Assembly (NCBI GenBank): GCA_003213135.1
Contig: QCNT01000004.1
Span: 12,956-76,955, forward strand
Reading direction: 5' to 3'
From: Pelagibacteraceae bacterium AG-426-I15
Lineage (GTDB): Bacteria; Pseudomonadota; Alphaproteobacteria; Pelagibacterales; Pelagibacteraceae
Length of the DNA stretch: 64,000 bases
Below the pieces are notes generated by a model, which worked only from the letters and a program-made list of their open reading frames with translations, made no database searches and was not told the DNA's origin. How positions within the stretch are numbered: the stretch's first letter is position 1; each line of letters begins with the position of its first letter. Both the position numbers and the translations under genes were made by a program. Shown here piece by piece: positions 36,265 to 48,184 of the stretch.

Positions 36265-38663
36265 TACTAACTTTGTCATGGTTAAAAAACCATCTTACAA
36301 CTAACGCTAATTTGACAAAAATAATTGATAAACTTACATCCATTGGACTGGAAGTAGAGGGTATAAAAGAAACTAATAATAGTTTGTCAGATTTTAAAAT
36401 AGCAAAAGTTATAAAAGTGGATAAACATCCTAATGCAGACAAACTTAAGCTTTGCGATGTAAGCCTTGGAAAAGATAAGATAATAAAAGTTGTTTGTGGG
36501 GCTGCTAATGCAAGAAATGGACTTATTACAATATATGCTCCCCCAGGTTCAGTAATTCCAAAAACTAAAATGAAATTAAAAGTAGCAAAAATAAGAGGGG
36601 TAGAATCATATGGGATGCTTTGCTCTGAGAGTGAACTTAATATTTCAGAAAAAAGTGATGGAATAATCGAGTTAAAAAATACCGAGAAAGATATTGGAAA
36701 AAATTATTTTAAAAGCTCAGGAGAAAAATCTATTGATATATCAATAACCCCAAACAGGCCAGATTGTTTAGGTATCCGAGGTATTGCTAGAGACCTAGCA
36801 TCTTCTGGTTTAGGTAGGTTAAAAAAACAACCTTCAATAAAAATACTTCAAAAATTTAAAAGTCCAATCAAAGTTTCAATTAAAAAAGAAAAGCATCAAG
36901 GATGCGGTATTTTCGGAAGCGTATACATTAAAAATGTTAAAAATAAAGAAAGTCCTGACTGGTTAAAAAAAAGAATTATATCTTTAGGATTAAAACCTAT
37001 CTCAGCAATTGTAGATACAACTAATTATGTAATGTATGATTTGAATAGACCTTTGCATGCTTATGATGCAGATAAAATTGACAAAGAAATTATTGTTAGA
37101 AATTCAAATATAGGGGAAACTTTTGAAGCTTTAGACAATAAGAAATACAAACTTCAAAACAATATGTGTACTATTAGTGACAAATCAGGGGTACTCGGGT
37201 TGGGCGGAATAATTGGAGGAACTAGGTCAGGGACAGAGCTTTCTACTACAAATATTTTATTAGAGTCTGCTTATTTTTTTCCATCGTCAATTAGAAAAAC
37301 TTCTAAAAGTTTAAATATCGATACTGATGCAAAATATAGATTTGAAAGAGGTATAGACCCAGATTCTGTAAGATTAGGCTTAGAACTGTCAATGTGCATG
37401 ATTCTTGATATGTGTGGCGGTGAAGCCAGCAAGTTTTCAATTGCAGGAAAAATAAAAGACACAAGACGAACCATTGATTTAGAAATAGAAAAGTTTTTTA
37501 AAGTTATTGGATTTTCAATTACAATTTTAGAAATTAAAAAAATTTTAATTTCTCTTGGATGCTCATTAAAGATTAGCGGTAAAAAAATTAAGGTTTTACC
37601 ACCCAGCTGGAGACCTGATTTAAAAGAAGATGTTGACCTAATAGAAGAACTTATAAGAATAAAGGGGTTTGATAAAATTTCATTAATCCACCCTGAAAAG
37701 ATTAGATCAAAAGAAACACTTAATTTTAAACAAAAGTTATTTCATCTTTCCCAAAGAGCAGTTGCAAATAAAGGATATTTAGAGGCAATTACTTGGTCAT
37801 TTACCGATTCTAAAATTGACAAATACTTTTCAAATGGAAAAAAAGATATAGAAATAACTAATCCAATATCAAGTGACCTTAATGTTTTAAGACAATCGAT
37901 ATTTTCAAATTTGATTATTTATTTGAAAAAAAACCAAGACAGAGGATATCTGGATGTTTCTTTGTTTGAAATCGGCCCAACCTTTTCAGGTAATAAACCA
38001 GGTGATCAACAAACGGTAATTGGAGGTTTAAAATCCGGTGTCACAAACAGAAAAAGCTGGGATAGCAAAGCAAGAAACATAGATGTTTTTGATATAAAGG
38101 CAGATGTAACAAAAACTTTAACAGAACTTGGTATTAATGAAAATGATTTGTTTATTAGTGACAAAACTCCAAACTATTATAACCCAGTTAGATCTGGGTC
38201 TGTTAAATTAAAGTCAGAAAATGGGATACAGTTAGCTATATTTGGAGAAATCCATCCTGGTATAATTTCGAATCTAGATTTAAAAGAACAAAATATTTGT
38301 GGATTTGAAATTTTTTTAAAAAATATTCCTGAGCCAAAAAGAAAATACCGATTTGAAAAAAATAATTATACTGTTTCTGAGTTTCAAAAATCGGAGAGAG
38401 ATTTTGCTTTTGTAATTGACAAAGACTACAAAGCTGGTGAAATAGAAAAATTAATTAGAGGAGCCGATAAAGATTTAATCAAAAATGTTTTAATATTTGA
38501 TGTTTTTGAGGGTGGTAATATGCCTGAGGGAAAAAAATCTATTGCAGTTAGTATAACTATTCAATCTATGGAAAAAACACTTTCAGAAAAAGATATTAAC
38601 GAAGTAAGTCAAAAAATTATTAATATTGTCAAAACCAGGACTGGTGGAACAATAAGATCATAA
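36261..38663 (+). CDS. pheT: Phenylalanine--tRNA ligase beta subunit
   Basis: 800 aa with tRNA-binding, B3/4, B5 and FDX-ACB domain order. ATGA overlap with pheS. Confidence 0.93.
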   Translation: MILTLSWLKNHLTTNANLTKIIDKLTSIGLEVEGIKETNNSLSDFKIAKVIKVDKHPNADKLKLCDVSLGKDKIIKVVCGAANARNGLITIYAPPGSVIPKTKMKLKVAKIRGVESYGMLCSESELNISEKSDGIIELKNTEKDIGKNYFKSSGEKSIDISITPNRPDCLGIRGIARDLASSGLGRLKKQPSIKILQKFKSPIKVSIKKEKHQGCGIFGSVYIKNVKNKESPDWLKKRIISLGLKPISAIVDTTNYVMYDLNRPLHAYDADKIDKEIIVRNSNIGETFEALDNKKYKLQNNMCTISDKSGVLGLGGIIGGTRSGTELSTTNILLESAYFFPSSIRKTSKSLNIDTDAKYRFERGIDPDSVRLGLELSMCMILDMCGGEASKFSIAGKIKDTRRTIDLEIEKFFKVIGFSITILEIKKILISLGCSLKISGKKIKVLPPSWRPDLKEDVDLIEELIRIKGFDKISLIHPEKIRSKETLNFKQKLFHLSQRAVANKGYLEAITWSFTDSKIDKYFSNGKKDIEITNPISSDLNVLRQSIFSNLIIYLKKNQDRGYLDVSLFEIGPTFSGNKPGDQQTVIGGLKSGVTNRKSWDSKARNIDVFDIKADVTKTLTELGINENDLFISDKTPNYYNPVRSGSVKLKSENGIQLAIFGEIHPGIISNLDLKEQNICGFEIFLKNIPEPKRKYRFEKNNYTVSEFQKSERDFAFVIDKDYKAGEIEKLIRGADKDLIKNVLIFDVFEGGNMPEGKKSIAVSITIQSMEKTLSEKDINEVSQKIINIVKTRTGGTIRS

Positions 38664-40465
38664 TGTCAGACATCAAAAGAATAAGAAATTTTGCGATTAT
38701 CGCACATATCGACCATGGCAAGTCCACCATTGCAGACAGAATGATCCAAATTTGTGGAGGACTCGCAGAAAGAGAGATGAAAGAACAAGTTTTAGACTCT
38801 ATGGATATCGAAAGAGAAAGAGGAATTACAATAAAAGCTCAGACGGTAAAACTTAAATACAAATCAAAAGATGGAAGTGAATACATACTAAACATTATTG
38901 ATACACCTGGGCACGTAGACTTTAGCTACGAGGTAAGCCGATCACTACTCGCTTGTGAGGGATCCGTATTAATTGTTGATAGCTCACAAGGTGTTGAGGC
39001 CCAAACTTTAGCAAACGTGTATCAGGCTTTAGATTCAAATCATCATATTATTCCGGTTTTAAACAAGATAGATTTACCAGCTTCTGATACTGAAAAAGTA
39101 AAAAAACAAATAGAAGATGTAGTAGGAGTAGATACTTCAAAAGCGATTTCTTGTTCAGGAAAAACAGGAGAAGGTATCGGGGAAATTTTAGAATCAATAG
39201 TTAAAGACCTTCCATCACCCAAGGGTAACCAGTCATCCAAATTAAAATCTTTACTCGTCGACAGCTGGTACGATAGTTATTTGGGAGTAGTAATTCTTGT
39301 GAGAATTCTTGATGGAAAAATAAAAAAAGGAATGAAAGTAAAGTTAATGTCAACAAACAAAGATTATGAAATAGAAAAAGTTGGTATTTTTACTCCAAAA
39401 GCAAAAGACGTTGAAGAATTAAATGCGGGGGAAATCGGATTTATTATTACTGGAATAAAAAGTTTATCAGAAACTAAGGTAGGCGATACTATCTGCGATT
39501 CTGCTAATTCTATCGAAAAACCTTTGCCGGGTTTTAAACCAAGTAAGCCAGTTGTTTTTTGTGGATTATTTCCTGTAGACAATTCTGAATATCAAAAGCT
39601 TAAGGACGGAATAGCAAAATTAAAATTAAATGATTCTAGTTTTTCATATGAACCAGAATCTTCTACTGCATTAGGTCTAGGGTTTAGATGCGGATTTCTT
39701 GGTTTACTTCATTTAGAAATCATTACTCAAAGACTTGAAAGAGAATTTGATATAAATTTAATAACAACGACACCTGGAGTTGTATACAAGATTAATAAAA
39801 TAGATGGTTCTGTAATTGATTTGCAAAACCCAACAAGTATGCCCGATCCCACAAAAATAAAATTTATCGAGGAACCATGGATTAAAGCTACGATAATTAC
39901 GCCCGATGAATATTTGGGTGCAATAATGAAAATTTGTCAGGATAAAAGGGGGGTTCAAAAAGATTTGTCTTACTCAGGCAGTAGAGCAGTTATAGTTTAT
40001 GAAATACCATTGAACGAAGTCGTGTTTGATTTTTATGACAGACTAAAATCTATAACAAGTGGTTATGCAAGTTTTGATTATGAAATCATAGGTTACAGAG
40101 AAGGTAACTTAGTTAAACTTGGAATTTTAGTAAACAATGAACCTGTAGATGCCTTATCAATGGTGATACACCAAGAATTTGCTCAAAAACAAGGCAGATT
40201 AGTATGCGAGAAGTTAAAGGATTTAATACCTAGACACAACTTCATGATACCAATTCAAGCTGCAATTGGGGGAAAAATTATTGCTAGAGAGACTATTAAA
40301 GGTTATAAAAAAGATGTTCTAACTAAAATTCACGGCGGCGGAGCTCTTGATCGTAAAAGAAAATTACTTGAAAAACAGAAGAAAGGTAAAGCTCGAGCAA
40401 AACAATTTGGTAAAGTTGAAATACCCCAAGAAGCATTTATTGGGGTACTTAAAATAGATAAGTAG
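38663..40465 (+). CDS. lepA: Elongation factor 4 (LepA)
   Basis: [24 protein letters not shown] and NKIDL GTPase motifs, plus the LepA C-terminal region. Confidence 0.95.
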   Translation: MSDIKRIRNFAIIAHIDHGKSTIADRMIQICGGLAEREMKEQVLDSMDIERERGITIKAQTVKLKYKSKDGSEYILNIIDTPGHVDFSYEVSRSLLACEGSVLIVDSSQGVEAQTLANVYQALDSNHHIIPVLNKIDLPASDTEKVKKQIEDVVGVDTSKAISCSGKTGEGIGEILESIVKDLPSPKGNQSSKLKSLLVDSWYDSYLGVVILVRILDGKIKKGMKVKLMSTNKDYEIEKVGIFTPKAKDVEELNAGEIGFIITGIKSLSETKVGDTICDSANSIEKPLPGFKPSKPVVFCGLFPVDNSEYQKLKDGIAKLKLNDSSFSYEPESSTALGLGFRCGFLGLLHLEIITQRLEREFDINLITTTPGVVYKINKIDGSVIDLQNPTSMPDPTKIKFIEEPWIKATIITPDEYLGAIMKICQDKRGVQKDLSYSGSRAVIVYEIPLNEVVFDFYDRLKSITSGYASFDYEIIGYREGNLVKLGILVNNEPVDALSMVIHQEFAQKQGRLVCEKLKDLIPRHNFMIPIQAAIGGKIIARETIKGYKKDVLTKIHGGGALDRKRKLLEKQKKGKARAKQFGKVEIPQEAFIGVLKIDK

Positions 40466-40467
40466 AA

Positions 40468-41724
40468 ATGAAAACTTCAATTTACAACAATTCTGGAAAA
40501 CTAGTATTTGTTTTATTATCTATCAGCTTGTTTTTAAGTTTCATTTTTGGAATCGATTCGATTGGAAGCGGCGGAATGATTGCAGATTTTTATAGCACAT
40601 GGCCATATGTTGAAATCTTATCTAAAGAATTTTATGCTTTGGGCGGAAAATATTCAGACATAACGCCGCTAGGATATATGGTTTTATCCTGGTTTTATTA
40701 TATTTTTCAAGATCAGACTATAGTTAGACTAATTTACTGTTTTTTATCTATTTTACTGCCTGTCTTATTTTATTGTGCATTAAAAAATAATTATGAAAAA
40801 CTAGATAGTAATTTTTTACTACTTTTTGCATCATTACTTTTTTTATTTCCATCTTTTAGATCCGGCGCAGTTTGGGCTAATAATAATGTACTTGCAGATA
40901 TATTTTTTGTTTCTTTTTTAATTTTTTATATTAAATGGCTTAAAAAAAAAGATTTTGAAAAAATTCGGTTAAATTTATTTTTCCAATTATTATTTTTAGC
41001 ACTAACTGTATATACAAGGCAGTATTATGCAATCTTCTATTTATATGCTATGTATATTTATTTTCAAAAATTAAGTTTTAAAAATTTTATTATTACTTCT
41101 TTTATTGTTTTTATCCTGGCAGTTCCAGGTTTATTGATGGTATTTTCTGATGAAATTTTATTAAGAACAACAATATTTAGTCCAAAAATTTATAATACTA
41201 TTCTTATCAGTCCATCAATTATGACTTTATACTTATTACCAATTTTCTTTTTACTATTTGTTCAAAAAAAATATATTATTGATTTTAAAAATAAAAATTT
41301 TATATTACCATTTTTTTTTATAAGTTTATTAATTTTAATAATCTCCTATTTTTTTGATTATAATATATCTCATGGCGGTGGTTTCTTCATAAAAATATCA
41401 CATCTTTTTTTTAAAAATAATTTTCTTGGAATTATAACGGCTATTCTTGGTTTATATATTTTATATACAATAGCCAAAGAAAATAAAAATGATGCTATAA
41501 TTATATTACTATTAATTTTTGCTTTTCCGGCTAGATATATTCCTCAGAAATATTTTGAACCTATGTTTTTTATTTTTTTCTTTTTAATGCTAAATTCAAA
41601 ATTTCCAAAACTTTTTTTAAGTAATAAAAAAAATATTATTTATTTAGCCATATACTTATTGATTTATTTGTCTTCTGGAATTCTAAACGATATATTCAAA
41701 ATAACTAAAACGTTTGTTATTTAA
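40468..41724 (+). CDS. Hypothetical polytopic membrane protein, possibly a GT-C-like glycosyltransferase
   Basis: About 12 predicted TM helices. The architecture resembles ArnT-like enzymes, but I recognise no diagnostic motif. Confidence 0.35.
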   Translation: MKTSIYNNSGKLVFVLLSISLFLSFIFGIDSIGSGGMIADFYSTWPYVEILSKEFYALGGKYSDITPLGYMVLSWFYYIFQDQTIVRLIYCFLSILLPVLFYCALKNNYEKLDSNFLLLFASLLFLFPSFRSGAVWANNNVLADIFFVSFLIFYIKWLKKKDFEKIRLNLFFQLLFLALTVYTRQYYAIFYLYAMYIYFQKLSFKNFIITSFIVFILAVPGLLMVFSDEILLRTTIFSPKIYNTILISPSIMTLYLLPIFFLLFVQKKYIIDFKNKNFILPFFFISLLILIISYFFDYNISHGGGFFIKISHLFFKNNFLGIITAILGLYILYTIAKENKNDAIIILLLIFAFPARYIPQKYFEPMFFIFFFLMLNSKFPKLFLSNKKNIIYLAIYLLIYLSSGILNDIFKITKTFVI

Positions 41725-41729
41725 AAAAA

Positions 41730-41818
41730 GGAGAGATGGCTGAGCGGTTTAAAGCGCACGCTTGGAAAGTGTGTATACTCTCTGAGTATCGTGGGTTCGA
41801 ATCCCACTCTCTCCGCCA
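41730..41818 (+). tRNA. tRNA-Ser (anticodon GGA), long variable arm, CCA encoded
   Basis: Acceptor GGAGAGA/TCTCTCC, anticodon stem CACGC/GTGTG with loop TTGGAAA, variable arm TATACTCTCTGAGTATC, and T arm GTGGG-TTCGAAT-CCCAC. Confidence 0.9.
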
Positions 41819-41889
41819 CCTAAAATATGTACTTGTCCCCTAAGTAAAATAATAAACCGAGTGCAATGCCATAAAGCACGTATCTCATT

Positions 41890-42633
41890 TTAAACTCTCC
41901 TAATACTAGTTACTCTTAAATTAGCAGTTCTTTTAATTCTTTCAATTGTTCTGTTTATATCCATTATAACAACTTTTTTCATAGGGCCATAAGCATGTAT
42001 TAATTTACTTTTTGATAATACTAAAGCAACATGACCTTTCCAAAAAATCATGTCATATTTTTTTATATTTTTAAAATTTACCTTTTTTCTAAAAAATTTT
42101 TCCTGGTCAATCGAATCTCGCGGACAATATTTATTATTTTGATTGAAAAAAATTTGAATTAAAGCTGAGCAATCAATGCCTTTATAACTTTTACCTCCCC
42201 ATAAATATTTTATATTTTTGAAAAGCATTATATCTTTAAAAATATTTTTGTTTTTAAATTGAATTTTTCTTAAATCTGAAAACTTAATCCAGTATTTTCC
42301 AAATTTAGCAAACTTTCCGTTCTTATATGATATTTTAAGTATCGACGAATACGGAAGAAATTTTTGCAATTTTTTTTTAAAGTTAGGCTGGCTATATAGT
42401 CTTGCTTTTAGAACCGAAACTTTAAAATTTGATTTAATCGGCTCAGAAAAGTTTTTAGTTTTAATATACCCAACATATCCATCTTTTTTTATTCTAATTT
42501 TATTCCACCCTCTATATTTTTTAACAACTTTAAAATTGTCGCCATATAGTAACTGTGTATCAACTGGAGATTTAAAACTCCTTTTTTTGTAGAGATTAAT
42601 TATTGGAAAATTATTTCTAAAATTATTTTTCAC
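41890..42633 (-). CDS. NlpC/P60 (C40) family cell-wall peptidase with N-terminal SH3-like region
   Basis: YLWGGKSYKGIDCSALIQ (catalytic Cys) and GHVALV..HA (His) motifs. Confidence 0.8.
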   Translation of the reverse strand: MKNNFRNNFPIINLYKKRSFKSPVDTQLLYGDNFKVVKKYRGWNKIRIKKDGYVGYIKTKNFSEPIKSNFKVSVLKARLYSQPNFKKKLQKFLPYSSILKISYKNGKFAKFGKYWIKFSDLRKIQFKNKNIFKDIMLFKNIKYLWGGKSYKGIDCSALIQIFFNQNNKYCPRDSIDQEKFFRKKVNFKNIKKYDMIFWKGHVALVLSKSKLIHAYGPMKKVVIMDINRTIERIKRTANLRVTSIRRV

Positions 42634-43999
42634 TTAATTTGATATCGTTTTTAATAATATAAAGAAAAATTAAAGATGGTATAACCATAATGGCTGTGAT
42701 TAAAAAAAATATTCCCCAGTCACCATTTAGCCAGTCAACCATAGCACCAGAAGAAGCCGCTAAAGTTGTTCGTCCCGCTGTTCCGATGGAAGCTAATAAT
42801 GCGTACTGTGTAGCTGTATAAGTTCTATCAACCAACATTGATATAAAAGCAACAAATGCAACTGTTGCAAATGCAGCAGCCATGTCATCAAATATTACAG
42901 CTAAAGCAAATAACCATTCTGATTTCCCAGACCAGGCCAACAATGAAAATAGAAGATTTGTTGATGCCATTAATATACCGGATACAAACATAGCTTTTAT
43001 TACTCCGGAGCGTATTGCAAATAATCCTCCAAGCAATGTAAAAACAACAGTTGTTATCCAACCCAAACCTTTAGAAAAAAGAGCGATATCTGATTTTGAA
43101 AATCCTATCTCTTTATAAAATATTATAGACATTCTTCCTAAAAAAGCTTCTCCAATTTTAAAAAGAAAAACAAAACTTAAAATTCCTAAAGCAATTTTAA
43201 ATCCATTCTTTTTAAAAAAACTTATGATTGGACCTACAACTGTACCAGTAATCCATGCAACAGATTTTGTAGCAACATTTGAAACTCCTAGCTTTTTTTC
43301 TATCATCTCATCTGTTCTTCTCTGTGATTCTTTTCGGTTTGTGGGTTGATCTTCTTTCACAAACATCAAACCTATGTTGCAGGCAATAATAATTAACCCA
43401 AGAATTAAAAATGTTAGTTGCCAGTAGTTTTCAAAACCTAAATTCTGAAAATATTCGGCTGAATTTAATGAAATTACCCCTCCTAATTTGTAACCTGTCC
43501 ACCAACCAACGACTGCCATAGCCGCTCCTGCTTGCATAGATTTTCCTTCACTCTCACCAATCTGTTCAATTCTTAAAGCATCAACAGTGATATCCTGAGT
43601 AGCTGATGCGATTGCAATAATCAGTCCTATTGCAATAACTAAAACAAGATTAGCAGTGGGATTTACTAAACTCCAAAAAATCAAACTTAATAAAATAATC
43701 AATTGCATTAAAACAATCCATCCACGTCTGTGCCCAATCTTATTTGTTAGCCAAGGAATACGAATTCTATCTACTAACGGAGCCCAAAGGTAATTAAACG
43801 CATAAACCGCAAATATTAAACCTGCCCAACCAACTGCGGTACGGCTAAGCCCATCTTCTTTAAGCCAAAGACTAAGACTACTTCCGATAAGAACCCATGG
43901 AAAGCCACTTATAATTCCTAACAATAAAATGCGCAGCATTCTTCTATCAAAATAGATTTTGAAAGAGTCTTTAAAAGATTGTTTTTGATAAATTTTCAT
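42623..43999 (-). CDS. ampG: AmpG-family MFS muropeptide permease
   Basis: LLGIISGFPWVLIGSSLSLWL..YLWAPLVDR..GHRRGW signature of AmpG. Confidence 0.8.
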   Translation of the reverse strand: MKIYQKQSFKDSFKIYFDRRMLRILLLGIISGFPWVLIGSSLSLWLKEDGLSRTAVGWAGLIFAVYAFNYLWAPLVDRIRIPWLTNKIGHRRGWIVLMQLIILLSLIFWSLVNPTANLVLVIAIGLIIAIASATQDITVDALRIEQIGESEGKSMQAGAAMAVVGWWTGYKLGGVISLNSAEYFQNLGFENYWQLTFLILGLIIIACNIGLMFVKEDQPTNRKESQRRTDEMIEKKLGVSNVATKSVAWITGTVVGPIISFFKKNGFKIALGILSFVFLFKIGEAFLGRMSIIFYKEIGFSKSDIALFSKGLGWITTVVFTLLGGLFAIRSGVIKAMFVSGILMASTNLLFSLLAWSGKSEWLFALAVIFDDMAAAFATVAFVAFISMLVDRTYTATQYALLASIGTAGRTTLAASSGAMVDWLNGDWGIFFLITAIMVIPSLIFLYIIKNDIKLSEK

Positions 44000-44019
44000 T
44001 TTTAAGATTATAGATTAAT

Positions 44020-45465
44020 TTATGATCTCCAGAAAGATGGCAAAAACAACACCAGTACTGCAAAAATTTCTAATCTTCCCAGCAACATTGCAAAAGAAAG
44101 AATCCATTTAGATACATTCGAAACCTCGCTAAAATTTCCATTTGGACCTATCATTTCCCCAAGTCCTGGACCAACGTTAGATAACGAAGTTGCTGCTCCA
44201 GATATTGCTGATAAAAAATCAAGTCCTGTAATTGATAAAAGCACAGCTATTAAAATGAATAAAAATAAGTATGAAAAAATAAAAACAATTACTGAATTTA
44301 TAAAACTATCTTCTATTTTTTCATTATTGTAGTTAAGAACAAGAATTCGGTTTGGATAAATCAATTTTTTTATTTGATTTTTAATAAATAGAAATAATAT
44401 TTGTAACCTAAAAACTTTAATACCACATGTTGTAGAACCCGCACATCCACCAATAAACATTAGAAAAATAAAAAATATTAAGGGGAATTCTCCCCAAAGA
44501 CCAAAATCATCTGTTACATAACCTGTTCCTGATAGAATTGAAAGAACATTAAAAGATGAAATCCTTAAGTTATCCTGAAAAGAATGATCATTATTATTTA
44601 TGAATAAATAAATAAACATAATTAAAATTGAAATTAGCAATAAGTAAACAAAGCCTCTAATTTGAACGTCCTCGTGAAAGATTTTTTTATTTCCTTTTAT
44701 AAATTTTAAATACGCTATAAAGGGTATGCTTCCTAAAATAATAAATATTGTTGCTGTAATTTCAATTCCCGGATTCTTAAAGTAACCAATAGACTCGTTG
44801 TGGGTTGAAAAACCTCCTGTTGCCAAAGTTGTAAAAGAATGAGCGATACTGTCGAAAATATTCATACCTTGAAACCAATACACCGCTGCACATAACGATG
44901 TTAAAGTTAAATAAATTGTTATTATAGTTGCTGCAACCTCAATAGTTTTAGGTAAAATTTTTTCTGTCCCACTTGAATCGGTTTTAAAAAGTTGCATTCC
45001 GCCAACCTTTAAAAGAGGGAGCACTGTTGTTGCCATTACAATTATACCTATACCTCCTAACCACTGCATTATTGCCCTCCATAATAAAATACTTTTTGGG
45101 GAGGAGTCTAAATCTAAAATTACAGTAGAACCAGTTGTGGTTATCCCTGACATACTTTCAAAAAAAGCATCACTAAAAGATAGTTTTAAGTTTGAAAGCA
45201 TGAACGGTAAACTACCAAATATTGCGATACTAACCCAAGCAATAACAGAAAATAAAAAAGCTTGTTGGAGATTTAACTGATTATCCTTTTTAAGGTTAAT
45301 CAGTATTATCAAAATGCCTATAAAAATTGTAACGATAGATGAAGCTAAAAAACTATTGTTATTTTCACTATAAATTATCTGTATCCCGTAGGGTACTGTC
45401 ATGAAAATACCCAAAACTACTACAAGAATACCAGTGATAAAAAAAACAGTTTTGTTTGATCCCAT
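44020..45465 (-). CDS. trkH: Trk-type potassium uptake protein TrkH
   Basis: 481-aa polytopic protein with repeated selectivity-filter-like TTTG/ATGG/GTGY/NVGPGLG segments. Confidence 0.85.
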   Translation of the reverse strand: MGSNKTVFFITGILVVVLGIFMTVPYGIQIIYSENNNSFLASSIVTIFIGILIILINLKKDNQLNLQQAFLFSVIAWVSIAIFGSLPFMLSNLKLSFSDAFFESMSGITTTGSTVILDLDSSPKSILLWRAIMQWLGGIGIIVMATTVLPLLKVGGMQLFKTDSSGTEKILPKTIEVAATIITIYLTLTSLCAAVYWFQGMNIFDSIAHSFTTLATGGFSTHNESIGYFKNPGIEITATIFIILGSIPFIAYLKFIKGNKKIFHEDVQIRGFVYLLLISILIMFIYLFINNNDHSFQDNLRISSFNVLSILSGTGYVTDDFGLWGEFPLIFFIFLMFIGGCAGSTTCGIKVFRLQILFLFIKNQIKKLIYPNRILVLNYNNEKIEDSFINSVIVFIFSYLFLFILIAVLLSITGLDFLSAISGAATSLSNVGPGLGEMIGPNGNFSEVSNVSKWILSFAMLLGRLEIFAVLVLFLPSFWRS

Positions 45466-45560
45466 TAAATTTAAGACAATATTTAAATAGTTGTAAAATT
45501 CAACTTATTCAGTTGTAATTTTGACTATATTTTATCCTAAAAATTTTATAAACCTTATTA

Positions 45561-47126
45561 ATGTTAGAATCTAGCCTAATTCAGTCTACATCTTCATGGC
45601 CATTCGTAGAGATACGAAAACTTTTAAAAGAAAGAAAGGCCATAATTGAAAAAAAAAATAAAATCACTTTTCAAACAGGATACGGACCAAGCGGGTTACC
45701 ACACATAGGGACTTTTGGAGAAGTTTCTAGGACCTCGATGATGATTAATGTTTTAAGCCACATAAGCAAAATAAATTCTGAATTAATTACTTTTTCGGAT
45801 GATATGGATGGGCTTCGCAAAGTTCCCGAAAACATTCCAAATTCAAAAATATTACATCAAAATCTTGGTAAGCCTTTAACTGATATTCCTGATCCATTTA
45901 AAAAATTTTCAAGCTATGGAGAGCATAATAACAAACTACTCATCGAATTTTTGAAAAAATTTAAATTTAATTTTATTTTCAAAAGTTCTACAGAGAATTA
46001 TAAAAAAGGTGTTTTTAATAACGGTATTAGTAGAGTTGTAGAAAAATATGATGATATTATGAATCTTATCCTACCGACTCTAAGAAGTGAAAGAAGAAAA
46101 ACTTATTGCCCATTATTACCAATATGCCCTGATACCGGAAAAGTTCTAGAAATACCGCTTGAAGAAATAAATAAAAAAAATAATTCAGGAGTTTTTAATA
46201 ATAACGGAAAAAAAATTCAAATAAACTTTCTAAATGGAGGATGCAAACTTCAATGGAAAGTTGATTGGGCTATGCGCTGGTTTACTTTTGATGTTGATTT
46301 TGAAATGTATGGAAAAGATTTAACTGAAAGCGCAATAATATCTAGTAAAGTTTGCGATATATTGGGAAAAAAACCACCCAGTGGATTTGCCTATGAATTA
46401 TTTTTAGATGAAAAAGGAGAAAAAATTTCAAAATCAAAAGGAAATGGAATAACAATAGACCAATGGTTGAGGTACGCATCCCCTGAAAGTCTCTCATTGT
46501 ACATGTATCAAAATCCCAAAAGAGCAAAAAAACTTTATCCCGAGGTAGTTCCAAAAGCTGTTGATGAATATTTAAGTTTAATAGACAAATACCCCAAGCA
46601 AAAACCTGACGAAAAAATTTCAAATCCAGTTTGGCATATTCACAACGGCTCTCCCCCAAAAGAAAAGATAATTATGCCTTTTTCTATGCTTTTAAATATT
46701 GTGGGTTCAAGCAATGCAAAAAATAAAGAAGTTTTATGGAAATTTATCAAAAAATTTCATAGTGAAATAGAGGCCAAAGACCACAAAATTTTGGATGAAC
46801 TCACCTCTTATGCAATAAATTATTTTGTTGATGAAGTTGAACCAAAAAAGAAGTTTAAAAAACCAAACAAGGGTGAAAAAAAAGCACTGGAGAATCTTAT
46901 TTCTAAATTGAAAAAAGTGACTCAGGATACTCCGGCCGAAGAAATTCAGACTTTAATATACTCGACTGGAAAAGAAAATGGTTACACCGAAAATCTTCGC
47001 GATTGGTTCAGACTTATATATCAAGTTGTCTTTGGAGAAGAAAATGGCCCAAGAATGGGTTTTTTTATAAGCTTTTTTGGCGTTAAAGAGACAATTGATT
47101 TAATGGAAAAAAAGTTGAATATATAA
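45561..47126 (+). CDS. lysK: Lysine--tRNA ligase, class I
   Basis: GYGPSGLPHIGTFGE (HIGH-type) and KISKSKGNG (KMSKS-type) motifs at ~520 aa. Confidence 0.9.
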   Translation: MLESSLIQSTSSWPFVEIRKLLKERKAIIEKKNKITFQTGYGPSGLPHIGTFGEVSRTSMMINVLSHISKINSELITFSDDMDGLRKVPENIPNSKILHQNLGKPLTDIPDPFKKFSSYGEHNNKLLIEFLKKFKFNFIFKSSTENYKKGVFNNGISRVVEKYDDIMNLILPTLRSERRKTYCPLLPICPDTGKVLEIPLEEINKKNNSGVFNNNGKKIQINFLNGGCKLQWKVDWAMRWFTFDVDFEMYGKDLTESAIISSKVCDILGKKPPSGFAYELFLDEKGEKISKSKGNGITIDQWLRYASPESLSLYMYQNPKRAKKLYPEVVPKAVDEYLSLIDKYPKQKPDEKISNPVWHIHNGSPPKEKIIMPFSMLLNIVGSSNAKNKEVLWKFIKKFHSEIEAKDHKILDELTSYAINYFVDEVEPKKKFKKPNKGEKKALENLISKLKKVTQDTPAEEIQTLIYSTGKENGYTENLRDWFRLIYQVVFGEENGPRMGFFISFFGVKETIDLMEKKLNI

Positions 47127-47131
47127 ATTTA

Positions 47132-48184
47132 ATGTTTTCATATGCAAAGCCTTTTATATTTAGTTTAGACCCCGAAAAGGCACACAATTTAGCAATAAAG
47201 TCCATTAAATATAATTTTCTACCAGAAGGATTTTTTAATGTAGAAAATGAAGAAATCTTAAATCTTAAATTATTTGGAAAATATATTAAAAATCCAATAG
47301 GTCTAGCAGCAGGATTTGATAAAAGTGCCGAGGTTTACAATCAAATGTTTAAATTAGGTTTTGGTTTTGTAGAAGTTGGCACGATTACACCTAAAAAACA
47401 ATATGGAAATCCAAAACCAAGAGTTTTTAGATTAGAAAAAGATTATGCTTTGATTAATAGATTAGGTTTTAATAACGATGGATCCGAGATAGTAAAAAGA
47501 AGAATTGAAAATAATTTACCTAAAAGTCTTTTGGGGATTAATATAGGGCCTAATAAAGAAACAGCAGATATGAGCGAGGATTTTTTAAAATGTGCAGAAA
47601 CATTTTTCACATTAGGCGATTACATAACAATAAATATATCATCACCGAATACAGCGGGACTTAGAGACTTTCACAAAACAGAATTTTTAAAAGAATTATT
47701 GAAAAAAATTAATGAAATAAGAGAAAAAAGCAGCTTTAGAAAGTCATTTTTATTAAAGATTTCACCAGATCTAAACGAAACAAATATAAATGAATTAATA
47801 AATTTAATAATTGATTATAAGATTGATGGAATTATTTTAACTAATACAACGGATAGTAATAGAGAAAATCTTTTAAGTGAACATAAATCTGAGACGGGTG
47901 GTTTATCTGGCAAACCCTTAAGAGCTCTTTCAACTAAATTAATAAAAGTATTTTACAAGAGTCTTAAAGGGAAAGTTCCAATTATAGGTGTAGGTGGGGT
48001 AGATTCCGGAAAAGCAGCTTTTGAAAAAATAGCAGCAGGAGCGTCTGCCCTACAGCTTTATACTGGAATGATATATAGGGGACCCATGATCGTAAAAGAA
48101 ATAAAAAAAGATTTGATTAAAATACTTAATGAGCAAGGCTTCAAGAATATCAAAGAAGCAATTGGATCTTATTCCTCTATTTAA
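47132..48184 (+). CDS. pyrD: Dihydroorotate dehydrogenase (quinone), class 2
   Basis: GLAAGFDK, EVGTITP, NRLGFNN, NISSPNT and GGLSG motifs. Confidence 0.93.
   Translation: MFSYAKPFIFSLDPEKAHNLAIKSIKYNFLPEGFFNVENEEILNLKLFGKYIKNPIGLAAGFDKSAEVYNQMFKLGFGFVEVGTITPKKQYGNPKPRVFRLEKDYALINRLGFNNDGSEIVKRRIENNLPKSLLGINIGPNKETADMSEDFLKCAETFFTLGDYITINISSPNTAGLRDFHKTEFLKELLKKINEIREKSSFRKSFLLKISPDLNETNINELINLIIDYKIDGIILTNTTDSNRENLLSEHKSETGGLSGKPLRALSTKLIKVFYKSLKGKVPIIGVGGVDSGKAAFEKIAAGASALQLYTGMIYRGPMIVKEIKKDLIKILNEQGFKNIKEAIGSYSSI

Noticed and set aside
41819-41889. Spacer after tRNA-Ser, and likewise after tRNA-Arg, checked for integrase genes, partial tRNA 3'-end repeats (att sites) or mobile-element remnants.
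   Set aside because: No integrase or transposase ORF appears anywhere in the window. I could find no duplicated tRNA 3' segment by eye. An exhaustive repeat search would be needed to exclude short att repeats.
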